From Candidatus Latescibacterota bacterium (lineage in GTDB: Bacteria; Latescibacterota; UBA2968), in NCBI GenBank assembly GCA_965204745.1, contig OZ242010.1, positions 928,001 to 992,000 of the forward strand: a stretch of 64,000 nucleotides of DNA, read 5' to 3'. A model generated the notes under the pieces. It was not told the DNA's origin, did not search any database, and worked only from the letters and a program-made list of their open reading frames with translations. Every line of letters begins with the position of its first letter. Position 1 is the first letter of the stretch. The translations under genes were made by a program, and so were the position numbers. Below are positions 52,138 to 64,000 of the stretch, one piece after another.

Positions 52138-52866
52138 TCATTCACCTAAAAAAGATGTTTTCCAAAAGTTTGCAAAAGCGCGCGTGACCCAGGCCATCGG
52201 CTTTTGGGCAAGCGCGTTAAAACCGCCCCATGTCCAGCGCGTGGGGCGGTTTTTTTGTGTGGCTTGCTGAAATGCGGCGCGGCGGTCTGCGTCCAACCAA
52301 TCGAGCGCATTGGACATGTCGATCAACTCGCGTTCGTATTGCAATGAGACCATCGCCTGCATGTGTTGATCGACTTTGTCGGTTTCTTGCAATTTGGTTT
52401 TTGGACACACGGTGTACTGTTCTGTGGCTAAGAAAGCCGATACCCATTGCCACGGCACCTCGCCGTGGACAGCCGCGGCCGTGGCTTTGACCTGTGCCGC
52501 ATCGTTCAAGACCCCGTACGTGCGACACGTCAAGGGGCGCGCGGGATGGATTGAGCAACCGCCTGCATCGGTCAAAAACGGGCACCGCCGCGGGCGTTCT
52601 TCGACGATGTTCAGCAGTGCCCGCTGTTTTTTCGCGTCAAAATGCGAGCGCACGTAATCCACGATGTGGACGTATTCCACGGCGTAAAGCGGGTACATGG
52701 TTGCATAATTGTCCTCGTATTCGGCTTCTGTGAGTTCGCAACAACTCCCCGGCGCGTCGCACCCGGCGCACGATACCGCGGGAATGCGGGCGTACAAGGC
52801 GTTTAAGCGCGTGCGCGTTTGTTCGGGTAAAATTGGCGATGCGATTTGCAACAGGGAATTGCTCAC
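52138..52866 (-). CDS. YkgJ-family cysteine-cluster protein
   Basis: CAGC...CC; CPFL....CSIHPARPLTCRTY. Confidence 0.85.
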   Translation of the reverse strand: MSNSLLQIASPILPEQTRTRLNALYARIPAVSCAGCDAPGSCCELTEAEYEDNYATMYPLYAVEYVHIVDYVRSHFDAKKQRALLNIVEERPRRCPFLTDAGGCSIHPARPLTCRTYGVLNDAAQVKATAAAVHGEVPWQWVSAFLATEQYTVCPKTKLQETDKVDQHMQAMVSLQYERELIDMSNALDWLDADRRAAFQQATQKNRPTRWTWGGFNALAQKPMAWVTRAFANFWKTSFLGE

Positions 52867-52878
52867 TTTCGCGCCTTT

Positions 52879-54710
<1,832 letters not shown>

Positions 54711-54715
54711 TGTTT

Positions 54716-54883
54716 GGTAAGAGGTAAAAGGTAAGAGGTAAGAGGTAAGAGGTAAGAGGTAAGAGGTGAAAGGTAAGAGGTAAGAGGTAAGAGGTAAGAG
54801 GTAAGAGGTGAAAGGTAAGAGGTAAGAGGTAAGAGGTAAGAGGTAAGAGGTGAAAGGTAAGAGGTAAGAGGTAAGAGGTAAGA
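54716..54883. repeat. (AAGAGGT)n array with a 42-bp higher-order unit
   Basis: [(AAGAGGT)5 GAAAGGT] three times; abuts the IS110 right end. Confidence 0.93.
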
Positions 54884-56176
54884 TACTCTCTTAAAAGGTC
54901 AAGGGGTTTTCGGGGTGATTCGATAGAATTTTTCGCCCTCAAAATCTTGGTCATGGCGCAACATGCCCCAGATCGAATGGAGCAACTTTCGCATCACCGC
55001 AACGATAGCCTGCAAAGGTTTCTTGCCGCGGGCGATGAGTTGGTCATAGAAGGCTTTGACATGGCCTTCGTGTCTGATGGCCACCCAGGCAGGCATATAG
55101 AGGGCATGGCGGAGGTACTTATTCCCGGTTTTCGAGATGCGTCTTTGTGGATTGGCGGTTCCGGATTGTTTGGGTTTGGGATCCAGGCCTGCATGTGCGA
55201 CCCACTGGGGCGGTTGCATCTCCTCTGGCAAAAGGGTCAACTCGGCCAAGAGCCGCAAGGCACTCGTTTGCGCGATGCCAGGCGTCGAGCAGAGGCGTTG
55301 GTAGGCACGCTTGAGGGGCTCATCGTGCAAAACGAGATCGAGGGCTTGGCTTTCCAAGTATGCAATCCGGCGTTTGAAGTGTCGAATATTCACCTGAATA
55401 TCGCGTGCGATGAGACGTGTGCTGCGGATGTGGTAGCTCTGCGCGTGGTTGCGGCTCTGTTCGCGGATGATCTCCTGCTTGAGTTGGTCAATGCGTCTGG
55501 TGAGGGCTTGCAGTTGAAGCCGTTGCTCGCTCGGCGCTTGCCAAGGCACAAAAGGCATGCGCTCGGCATAGTCGAGGATCAACAACGCATCCTTCGCATC
55601 CGTCTTCGCCCGTTGCATGCAGGCTTGGGCGTACTTGCTCATCGCTTTGGGATTGACGACCATGACCTTTGTGTGGCGATGCCGATGCAAGGCCAAGGCC
55701 ACCCCCAAACTGTAAAGCCCGGTCGCTTCGAGGCACACAGAGACCATGTGCCCGCCCTTCGTGAGCCACTTCAGCAACCGCTTATGCGCTTGGGGATCAT
55801 TGGCAAAGGTCGCTTGCATGACAGCTTGTCCGGGTCTGGACAGGGCAACGGACAACGTGCGGGCACTGACATCAATGCCGGCAAAAGCGGGGTGAGATTT
55901 CGACATGGGGGCCTCCTGTGATGAGGGGGTTGTAAGGGATCTGGTGCGCGCTCGGGGTCGCGTCCCGACCATTGACGCCAAGTCTACCGGTCTTGTATAT
56001 GCAGCCTCAAGGGGCTTAGATACTCTTCGGCATAGACCCGGCGGTCGGGGGGCCTATCTTACCTACAAGGTCATCGCCTTCAAGAGGGGCCGGCCTTCCC
56101 CGAGCCGGGCATCAAGATGGCTTATCTCGATACGAGGGCGCAACTCCTAATTAACCCTTACTTCCAAGATACAAGA
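54880..56176 (-). mobile_element. IS110-family element, copy 2
   Basis: Same ends and bridge loops as copy 1; reconstructed target CCCCTCTTACCT. Confidence 0.93.
54899..55906 (-). CDS. IS110 DEDD recombinase/transposase
   Basis: Near-identical to 29150-30157. Confidence 0.96.
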   Translation of the reverse strand: MSKSHPAFAGIDVSARTLSVALSRPGQAVMQATFANDPQAHKRLLKWLTKGGHMVSVCLEATGLYSLGVALALHRHRHTKVMVVNPKAMSKYAQACMQRAKTDAKDALLILDYAERMPFVPWQAPSEQRLQLQALTRRIDQLKQEIIREQSRNHAQSYHIRSTRLIARDIQVNIRHFKRRIAYLESQALDLVLHDEPLKRAYQRLCSTPGIAQTSALRLLAELTLLPEEMQPPQWVAHAGLDPKPKQSGTANPQRRISKTGNKYLRHALYMPAWVAIRHEGHVKAFYDQLIARGKKPLQAIVAVMRKLLHSIWGMLRHDQDFEGEKFYRITPKTP

Positions 56177-56415
56177 GGGGAAAGGGTTGGTTAGTCCCAG
56201 TTCATCCTCAAGTTGTCAGTTGTCAGGCCGCCCCCCATCACCCGTAGGGACAGGCCCCTGTGCCTGTCCTCAGTCCTCGGTTAGTCGCTTCGTCATTCCG
56301 ATGCACGCGCAAGCACAACGTCGGTAATTCAGTGACTTGTGTTTTTCGCCTTTCCCATCTCACGTCTCACGTCTTGCCTCTTGCCTCTTACGTCTCGCCT
56401 CTTACCTCTTGCGTC

Positions 56416-57396
56416 TCACGTCTTACCCGGTGCGCCGGAGGTGAATTTTGCGAGTTGCCGATGCAGATGGGTGCGGAGGTCGGGGTCGTCCGGTTGCAAG
56501 GCGATGGCTTGGCGGATGATGAGGATGGCGCGTTCTGTGTTGCCCAGTCTGTAATGCAATTCGGCGAGGGTGTCCAGGTACGAGGGCGCGTGGGGGCGCA
56601 GGCGCAGGGATCGCCGGGACAAGCGAATGCCCTCGCGCAGGTGAATCCCCTGAATCGCGTAGAGCCACGCGAGGTTGTTCAGGCTACTGTCGTCGAGGGG
56701 ATTGAGTTCGAGGGCTTTTTTGAAGTATTCCTCTGCGCGTTCATAGTCCTCATGCTCGTAGTACACATTGCCCAATTCGCCGTGGGCGCGGGCGTGGAGT
56801 TCGGATTCGCGGTCGGTTTGCGGTTCAATCGCCAACACTTGTCGGTATGATTCTTCGGCGCGCTCGGGCCATTTCAGGATGAGATAGAGCCTGCCGAGTT
56901 GGAAATGTGCCCACAGTGCCTGCGGCCAGCGTTCCACAACGGTTTCCAAGAGCGATTGGGCTTCGGGCAATTGTTCGTGCGCGAGATAGAGAACGATGAG
57001 GTCGCGGTGCGAGTCCTCGTGCGCGGGCACTTGGGCGATTGCTTTTTCCAACCAGCCGATAGCGGCTTCAGGCATGTCCATGGCTTCGCTGACCAGTGCC
57101 AAGTCTCGGTAGATGACGAGGTACTGCGGAGCCAATGCCTGTGCGGTTTCAAACTCGGCTTGGGCCGCGGCGTATTGCCGGCTCCGCAAATATGCCCTGC
57201 CCAACCACCGGCGCAAGACCGCGTCTTTGGGGCAGATTTCCACGGCGGCTTGAAATATCGCCAGCGCGGTTTCGCTGTTGCCATTGGCCTCGTGCGCGAT
57301 GGCGCGGTCCAAATGGCGATACGCCCGATACTCGGCACAACCGGCCAAGAGCAACGCAGACGCGAACAAAAACAGAAGGGGATAGTTGGCGTTCAT
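56416..57396 (-). CDS. TPR-repeat lipoprotein
   Basis: Lipobox LAGC; TPR repeats; LNNLAW and YLDTLA motifs. Confidence 0.88.
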   Translation of the reverse strand: MNANYPLLFLFASALLLAGCAEYRAYRHLDRAIAHEANGNSETALAIFQAAVEICPKDAVLRRWLGRAYLRSRQYAAAQAEFETAQALAPQYLVIYRDLALVSEAMDMPEAAIGWLEKAIAQVPAHEDSHRDLIVLYLAHEQLPEAQSLLETVVERWPQALWAHFQLGRLYLILKWPERAEESYRQVLAIEPQTDRESELHARAHGELGNVYYEHEDYERAEEYFKKALELNPLDDSSLNNLAWLYAIQGIHLREGIRLSRRSLRLRPHAPSYLDTLAELHYRLGNTERAILIIRQAIALQPDDPDLRTHLHRQLAKFTSGAPGKT

Positions 57397-57415
57397 GGCT
57401 TCGCTCCTTTAGAGG

Positions 57416-57444
57416 AGTATAGAAATCGCACGGGGGGTTGTCAA
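57416..57444 (-). promoter_or_regulatory. sigma70 promoter
   Basis: TTGACA-17 nt-TATACT. Confidence 0.7.
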
Positions 57445-57643
57445 GGTGCATCTCGCATCACATTAGGCAACAGCAATTCAATTTGGCGTTACACCATACA
57501 TGGGTTCTCTAAACAGCCCGTAAGACCCCATCCCTTTAGGGTGGGGATATAGTGCTTGCATGTTGTGAAAGTAGGGGGGTATATTCCCCCTGTTTGCAAA
57601 CGGAGGAGTACGTCACCCGTTCACCTTTTCGATGGGGTTTGTT

Positions 57644-58657
57644 ATGACGCGCAGGTATTTTGTTTTTTTGCTCGCTTCGGTGCTCTGCCTTTCCTGCGGC
57701 GATGGGCGAGAGGGGATGCAGACGCAGAGTTTGATTATTGCGACTGCCACGCCCGGGGGCACGTATTATCCGGTGGGGGTCGCATTGGGTACGACCATCA
57801 CACAGCGGTTGCAACCCAAAATTGTGGCTTCGGCCATCAATTCCGCGGGGTCGGGCGAGAATATTCAGATGTTGCTCAACCGCGAGGCGCATTTGGCGAT
57901 TTTGCAGGGGTTGTTCGGCGAGATGGCGTATCGGGGGCAAGGCACGTATCAGGGCCAGCCGGTTCGGGAAATCCGCTCTGTTGCGATGCTGTGGGAAAAC
58001 GTCGAGCATTTTGTGCTACGCGCATCCGATGCCAAGACGGGTACGATTGACGATCTGAAAGACCTCGGTCACAAGTTCTCCATCGGCAAGCGCGGGAGCG
58101 GTACCGAAGGCGCGACCCGAGCCATTCTCGCGGCCCTGGGCATTTCTCCGGATGAGGATTTTACGTCTGAGTATTTGGGATATAGCCCGTCTGCTCAGGC
58201 CATGATCGACGGGCGCATCGCAGGGGCCACGCTGTCCGCAGGGCCGCCGGTGGCCGCTGTGACGCAGGCGTTTGCCCAACTCGGCGCGGATGGGGTCGCC
58301 GTGCTCGCGTTTGGGGACGACCACCTCAGCACCATCCAAAAATCGTTTTCGGTGTGGACGCGCTACACCATTCCGGCCAATACGTATCCCGGTCAGTCCG
58401 AAGCGATTGCGACTATCGCGCAACCCAATTTTTTGGCGTGCAGAGCCGACTTGCCCGAAGACATGGTGTACGAGATCACCAAGACCATTTACGAAAATTT
58501 GACGGAGATTCAAAATATCCACAAAGCCACGCTCGCCATGTCGCTCGAAAAAGCCACTGCGGGCCTGTCCGTTCCCCTGCACGCGGGTGCGTTGCGTTAT
58601 TATCGAGAAAAGGGGTTGGATATTGCACAGTCCGCCCCGCCCAACTCCCTTCGGTGA
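57644..58657 (+). CDS. TAXI-family TRAP solute receptor
   Basis: ATATPGGTYY, SAGSGEN, GSGT and VPLHAGALRYY motifs. Confidence 0.92.
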   Translation: MTRRYFVFLLASVLCLSCGDGREGMQTQSLIIATATPGGTYYPVGVALGTTITQRLQPKIVASAINSAGSGENIQMLLNREAHLAILQGLFGEMAYRGQGTYQGQPVREIRSVAMLWENVEHFVLRASDAKTGTIDDLKDLGHKFSIGKRGSGTEGATRAILAALGISPDEDFTSEYLGYSPSAQAMIDGRIAGATLSAGPPVAAVTQAFAQLGADGVAVLAFGDDHLSTIQKSFSVWTRYTIPANTYPGQSEAIATIAQPNFLACRADLPEDMVYEITKTIYENLTEIQNIHKATLAMSLEKATAGLSVPLHAGALRYYREKGLDIAQSAPPNSLR

Positions 58658-59491
58658 GAGGGGAGACGGGAGAGGGCTACCGCACTATTCCGCTCAAGGG
58701 GTCAGTAGTCAGCCCACCCTGCCCAACCCCCTTTGGTAAGACGTGAGACGTGAGAGGGCTACCGCACTATCCCGCTCAAGAGGTCAGTTGTCAGTAGTCA
58801 GTAGTCAGTAGTCAGTGGCGTTGTTGCATAAATGTTGTCGTGGCAAAGTTCGTCCCTTTCCCGCGAGATTTAAGCCCCTCTTTCTCTGGGATAGGACACG
58901 GGTTTCGCGATCCTCATCATGCGATTGAGCACCGCACATCCCAACCGCGCTTCCGTTTCTTGGTTCTCCTGACTGCGTGCGCGCAACTGCCGCCCAATGC
59001 GTTGCTTGTACCGGCATAGTTGGGTTTCAACGACCGAGCGACGATGATAGCCACTGGTGCGTTTCCACTTTCGGCGACCTTGACGCCGGATGGCTCGGAT
59101 GATTTCATCGCGGGCGAGGGGGGGGGCCTTCCTGTTTCCATGTTGTTCAATTTTCGCGTCATGGCGCGGGGGAATCAGAGGTCGGATGGGGCCTCCTTGT
59201 TTGGGGGCGGCGCATGTGTTGGGGAGAATAATTATTCGCCCCTACCTTGCGTTTGTCATAGCCGCCATCTGTCAAGGCAGAAGGGAAATACATCTCCCGC
59301 TTGCCTCGGGGATGGGGTATCATTTAACCGCAAAGCGCGGCGGAATTTTTCCGTCGCGCTTTTTGTTTTGGAACGAAAATTGCATAGATCCCCAATAGAA
59401 CGAAATTCCCGCTCAAAACCGCGCCTAAATGTGGTATTTTTTTCACATGTGTATATTTCTTTCACAGTTCAAAAAAGGATGAGATGCTTCC

Positions 59492-60691
59492 ATGAGTCCA
59501 TGTCGCACAACTTTTTATTTTTCTCTATCGCGTTTTTCAACCGCCATCTTCATCACAGCGGCACTCGTGCTCAACGCGATGGCCCCCATGCTCGCACATG
59601 CCGCCACGCAACTCCACGGCGATCAGGTCAATGCCAATGCGCTGGTTCGAGATGCGTACATCGCCATCACCTATCGCGACCGCAACGATCAAAAAAGAAT
59701 GGCGAGGGGCTGGATTGATGCGATAGGCGAGACATCGTTCACCATTCGCAGCGGCGGCCTCAAGGGCAAAACGACTATCGCATACGTCAAAGTCCTGTCC
59801 ATCATCATGAGCACAGAATCCAGCGTGCCCGCGAAACAGATGAACGAGGTGAACAGGTTCATTCGGAATGAACAAATGAAAGCCGTGAGTGTCGCGGTCA
59901 TGACACTCGAGGAGGGCACTCCCGAAAAGATCAAAAAGGGATGGTATGCCCATGTCGTCTATACGTCAGAAGGGGTGAAAGTGACCACAACGGGATGGAT
60001 TACTGCCAAAGACGCGGAGGGTATCGCGATCTATAATGGGGAAGGATTGAAAAAATGGAAAATAGCATACAGCGACATCGACACGCTTGCCGTCGCTAAA
60101 TACCGACGAACTGTTGAAGGATGGCAAAATTTAAGGCAGGCCGTGCAACTTTTCTCGAACGATGATCCAAAATCTGGACAAAGGTTTGATCTACGCAATG
60201 CCAAAGTGCGTTTCAAAGCCCCTTCAATTTCAAAATGGCGAATCGTTGGCAAGGTCGTAGAAATGAATCGGGATACGCTCGTTATCGAACTGCCGAGAAC
60301 TTTCATCCCCGGGCGACAAAAGCGAATCGTGGAAGTGACCGCCGCCACAATCACGAGCCAAGATGGACGGACATTGTATCAAGTGCCCATGGCTTCAATC
60401 TCCAATTTTGAAGTCAGCATTGGACAGCATAGACACACGGACACAGGCTTGTCAGTTGGGCTGATCTTGAGTGCAGGACTGGTCACACTCGCAGCAATTT
60501 CACAAGTGCGATACGTAAGTGTCGGCAATGTCGCAATGAGGGCGTGTGTACCGCTTACCGCCGTTACAACGCTCATTGGTGTTGCAATAAAATCCGAGAA
60601 ATGGGTCGAGGTGCCTCCGCAACGCCTCAACCTGAGCATCGCGCCCACGCCTGAAAAAGGACTTCGCGCCGCGCTCATGGTCAATTTTTGA
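59492..60691 (+). CDS. Secreted/membrane hypothetical protein with repeated small beta domains
   Basis: Signal peptide; two to three similar GW(I)...IAY modules; C-terminal hydrophobic helices and terminal Phe. Confidence 0.65.
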   Translation: MSPCRTTFYFSLSRFSTAIFITAALVLNAMAPMLAHAATQLHGDQVNANALVRDAYIAITYRDRNDQKRMARGWIDAIGETSFTIRSGGLKGKTTIAYVKVLSIIMSTESSVPAKQMNEVNRFIRNEQMKAVSVAVMTLEEGTPEKIKKGWYAHVVYTSEGVKVTTTGWITAKDAEGIAIYNGEGLKKWKIAYSDIDTLAVAKYRRTVEGWQNLRQAVQLFSNDDPKSGQRFDLRNAKVRFKAPSISKWRIVGKVVEMNRDTLVIELPRTFIPGRQKRIVEVTAATITSQDGRTLYQVPMASISNFEVSIGQHRHTDTGLSVGLILSAGLVTLAAISQVRYVSVGNVAMRACVPLTAVTTLIGVAIKSEKWVEVPPQRLNLSIAPTPEKGLRAALMVNF

Positions 60692-60703
60692 AAGGAGACC
60701 CCA

Positions 60704-61537
60704 ATGAATGCAAAGCCCATCGGCAAATCCATCGCCATCTTCATCACAGCGGCACTGTTCATGGCGAGTCTCCTCGTCCTGTTCCCGCGTCTTGTGCAAG
60801 CGCAAGACCGCGTCTCCGTCAACATGGCGGGCGACTGGCTTCGGCGCGATTGGGGCAACTGCCGCGAAAACGTCACCGCGCAGCATCGCAATGGCGCGTT
60901 TGAAATCCACAGCGATCAGGCCGCCGCGCTCTTTTGGCAAGTGCCCACCAAAAACGGCATGTCCTTGCCCGTCGACCGCGAGCAAAATTGGATCAAACGC
61001 TGTGACCGTCCCCCAACCGGATTTGAAAAAACCATCCGCAACCAAGCGCGGGGGCAACACGACCTCATCTCGGCAACCGAATACCCCAACATCTCTTGGC
61101 GTTGGCGCGTGAGCAACACCATAGACGACAGCCGTACCACAGATGACAAAGGGGAAATCCAAAAATCGGGCGACGACTTCGCCGCCAAACTCGGCATCTC
61201 CGTGCTCAACACCAAAGGCGACCTGCGGGAAATCGCCTACTTGTGGACGCGCACCATCCCGGAAGAAACCGCGCTCACGCAGGTGACAACCGTCATTCCG
61301 TGGGTGCTCAAATTCAAATGGTACCGCATCGTCGCCCAAACCGGAGACCAAAACGCGAACCGATGGGTTGCGGAATCGCGCAATTTTTACAACGACTTCA
61401 AACGCTTCTACCCCAAAGAAGAACCCGCAGAAATCGTGCGCGTCTATCTCATGTCCGACTCGGACAACACCGGTAGCACAGTCACGGGCGCATTCGCGGA
61501 TCTCATGTTTCAAAAGTCAAAGAAATCAAAAAAATAA
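60704..61537 (+). CDS. DUF3047-like secreted protein
   Basis: ISWRWRV, GDDFAA, AYLW, ESRNFYNDF and MSDSDNT motifs. Confidence 0.75.
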   Translation: MNAKPIGKSIAIFITAALFMASLLVLFPRLVQAQDRVSVNMAGDWLRRDWGNCRENVTAQHRNGAFEIHSDQAAALFWQVPTKNGMSLPVDREQNWIKRCDRPPTGFEKTIRNQARGQHDLISATEYPNISWRWRVSNTIDDSRTTDDKGEIQKSGDDFAAKLGISVLNTKGDLREIAYLWTRTIPEETALTQVTTVIPWVLKFKWYRIVAQTGDQNANRWVAESRNFYNDFKRFYPKEEPAEIVRVYLMSDSDNTGSTVTGAFADLMFQKSKKSKK

Positions 61538-61736
61538 ATTGATTTTCTATTGACCTATAGGACACCTCAACCCGTCACTGCTTCGGACAGGCACGGGGGC
61601 TTGTCCCTACGATTCGTGTAATGGGGGACATCCTGTGCGAGCAGGTTGACGTTGCGCCGCCGCGGCCTATCCCTACGATTCGCGTATTTGAAAATGAGGA
61701 CAAATAGAAATCAAATTGGTATAAGCATGGCAGAAG

Positions 61737-61979
61737 GTGAGGACGCAACAACCGCCCGAAATCGCGACAAATATCGGCGTTGCCACGGAAGAGGCGATTG
61801 TCAATGCCATGTGCGTGGTCGATTCTATGGTGGGACGCGACGACCGCGTGATGCCCGCGCTACCGCATGAGGAGTTGATCGAGATTTTGAGGAAGTACGG
61901 GAGAGGTGGGATGAACACAGATGAAAGAACAAAAAAACAAGCCCGGGTTCGCAAGGAACTCGGGCTTTTTGTTGTCTGA
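61737..61979 (+). pseudogene. C-terminal fragment of a DmpA/peptidase S58 (P1) gene
   Basis: ATEEAIVNAM...GRD...ALPHEEL..IL.KYGR; followed by a terminator hairpin at about 61932-61975. Confidence 0.55.
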
Positions 61980-62110
61980 ATCGCGGATTTGTGCGGATTA
62001 GGGGATTGCGCGGATTACCCTACCCCCTACCACCCCCACTGCGTCCTTCGCACCTGCTACATCCTTTACACCACCTGCACGCTCCGCCCTACCTGCGCCC
62101 CAATCCGCAT

Positions 62111-62428
62111 TCATCCGCTGATCGCCTGGGCGACAGAAGAAATCTGGCCCCGTTTGTTCAGTATGGCGACGATCTGACGGAATACGGTCAAGGTGTGTCC
62201 TTCGTAGTCGGCGTTTTCAAGGCTGTCAATGACCGAGACGGGCATGCCGGTCTGATCGACCAATTCCCGTTGCGACAGGCCAGACGCGGTTCTAAGGTGA
62301 TAGAGTTGAGTGCCGATCTCTGCGTTGATCCGTTCTGTTTTGAGCAAGGCTTCCAATTTCGGGTCGCCCGCGACATAGCGTTTGTGCAGGATTTCCACGG
62401 CATCTGTGGTTCTTTTTTCGCGCATCAT
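62111..62428 (-). CDS. XRE/HTH antitoxin (HigA-like)
   Basis: LYHLRTASGLSQREL...IDSLENADYEGH. Confidence 0.82.
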   Translation of the reverse strand: MMREKRTTDAVEILHKRYVAGDPKLEALLKTERINAEIGTQLYHLRTASGLSQRELVDQTGMPVSVIDSLENADYEGHTLTVFRQIVAILNKRGQISSVAQAISG

Positions 62429-62798
62429 TCATTCTCCAGCGAATAAGTATGTCGTTCAGGATTCCGTTCAAAGTTTCTTTTTCGGCGAATAGCACGGGCG
62501 ATTTCCGCAGGCGGCACGCGCTGTGTTTTGACAATGCCGTGCGAGAGCACCGCGGCGTTACGTCCATAAAAAAGTAAAGAAGCCGATATTGAATGTTGCG
62601 ATATGCGATGCGAAGTTCGTAAATATCGTCTCTCAAATAATCGGCTTCAGGTCTCCGAAGATCATATCCTAATGTGCTGAGTCGCTCAATTTTTGCAATA
62701 CATTTGGCCCTAACCTTGGGAAGCAGGTCGTCGAGCCACGCCAGCACGGGAACGGTTCCGTTCGCTTCACAATAGAATAGGACCTTAGTTTCCGGCAT
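62425..62798 (-). CDS. RelE/HigB (Gp49-like) toxin, apparent 1-nt frameshift at 62568-73
   Basis: RRPEADYLRDDIYELR...YRLLYFF, continuing in the next frame as YGRNAAVLSHGIVK...NPERH; stop overlaps the antitoxin ATG. Confidence 0.8.
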
Positions 62799-63400
62799 TG
62801 CGGGTAGTTGTTTCTCAAGTGAAATTCTCGAATCCCTCCCGTGTTTAATCTCGCAAATTTGAGCGCAAGGTCAACCAATATCTCATCCTGACCCGCGTCT
62901 TTCATCCGCGTTCATCGGTAACTCCCCTGCCTTTCGCTACTGAATAACCGCTTCAGCACATGCTTTGCCCGTTACCTTTCTGCGCCCTTCGCCCCACCTG
63001 CGTCGCCCAATCCGCGCAATCCGCGCAATCCGTTTAATCCGCGATTCAGACTTGTTTGAGGTTGTGAAATGGGGAAAAGTGGCTATATTTGTCGCAAGGC
63101 CAACCACTGACCGCTTGAGGGTTCGGGGCGGGGCGGACTGACCACTGACCACTGCTTCGGGCGAGCACGGGGGCACCGCCCAAAAAGGTGAGAGGTGAGA
63201 GGCAAGACGGGAGAATACTTACACTCACTGCTCGCCTTTGAACGGCCTATCGCCATGTACCCCTTTTGTGTCTTTGAACTGGCTATCGCCAGTTGTACCC
63301 CGCTCGTGGCTATCCTCGCCTCTCGCCTCTTGCCTCTCGCCTCTCGCCTCTTGCCTCTCCCCTCTTACGTCTCACCTTTTACCCCTGACCAAGGAATCCC

Positions 63401-64000
63401 ATGTCCCAACTGCCCATCATCGCAGGTCTTTGTTCTTACGTTTTGATTACCCTGTCGGTCGGCATTTATGCCAGCAGGCGCGTTAAGGATTCGGTGGATT
63501 TTGTGGTTGCGGGTCGGCGGTTGGGCTTGGTGTTGACCACGGGCACGCTGTCCGCCACTTGGTTTGGCACGGGCACGGTGCTCGGCGCGGCGGGTGCGGC
63601 TTACAAAGGGGGGTTTTTGGCTGTGATTGCCGATCCCTTTGGCGCGGCTTTGTGTTTGTTTCTCGCGGGGATGTTTTACGTGCGGATGATGCGGCGGGCA
63701 GGCGTTTCCACAATTGCCGAATTTTTTGAGCGCAGATTTGGTCGGACAGCGGGGGTGTTCGCGGCGGTGTGTACGGTGCCGGCGTATTTGGGATGGGTCG
63801 CGTCGCTGATGGTCGGGTTTGGCAAGATCATCCACGCGGTGACGGGATTGGACGCGGTTGTAGGCACTTGCATCGGCGCGGTTATCGTGCTCGTCTATAC
63901 CACCGCAGGGGGCATGTGGGCGGTGACGCTCACGGATTTTATCCAAGTTGCGGTCTTGACGTTGGGCCTCATTTTTATGACGCCCATTCTCTTGAACGAC
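63401..64000 (+). CDS. Sodium:solute symporter, N-terminal part (runs off window)
   Basis: DFVVAGRRL...SATWFG...DPFGAALCL...TIAEFFERRFG. Confidence 0.88.
   Translation, partial: MSQLPIIAGLCSYVLITLSVGIYASRRVKDSVDFVVAGRRLGLVLTTGTLSATWFGTGTVLGAAGAAYKGGFLAVIADPFGAALCLFLAGMFYVRMMRRAGVSTIAEFFERRFGRTAGVFAAVCTVPAYLGWVASLMVGFGKIIHAVTGLDAVVGTCIGAVIVLVYTTAGGMWAVTLTDFIQVAVLTLGLIFMTPILLND

Noticed and set aside
58900-59200. Possible decayed secreted beta-propeller gene (IATGAFPLSATLTPDGS)
   Set aside because: Interrupted by a stop, short, and not identifiable without a search.

Overview
Bacterial chromosomal window of moderately high GC. bS22, a PorV-like protein, Na+-NQR and an ankyrin protein suggest an FCB-related, possibly host-associated marine lineage; this is inference only. 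Housekeeping genes include hemL, hemB, folE2, sufE, ftsY, hup, bS22, rpsU, obgE, a YchF-like gene, nqrA-F/apbE, eno and two tRNA-Arg. Intergenic regions are packed with heptamer tandem arrays and GTAG-tipped REP-like mosaics. Accessory content includes a PLD+ATPase gene, a PHP-ATPase (Ppl/TrlF-like) gene paired with a Schlafen/AlbA_2 gene, a nucleotidyltransferase-UvrA paralog-VOC operon, a decayed RM locus and a HigBA-like TA pair. There are two complete IS110 copies and one 58-bp IS left-end stub. The IS bridge RNA guides can be read from the sequence: the target loop matches the genomic heptamer repeats (CCCCTCT/TACCT) and the donor loop matches the joined IS ends. The most unusual feature is a transposase-free 82-nt hairpin between bS22 and tRNA-Arg(CCG) that is built from pieces of this bridge RNA. 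It is a candidate orphan donor-loop RNA or antisense anti-bridge RNA. All calls come from reading motifs by eye; no database searches were run.
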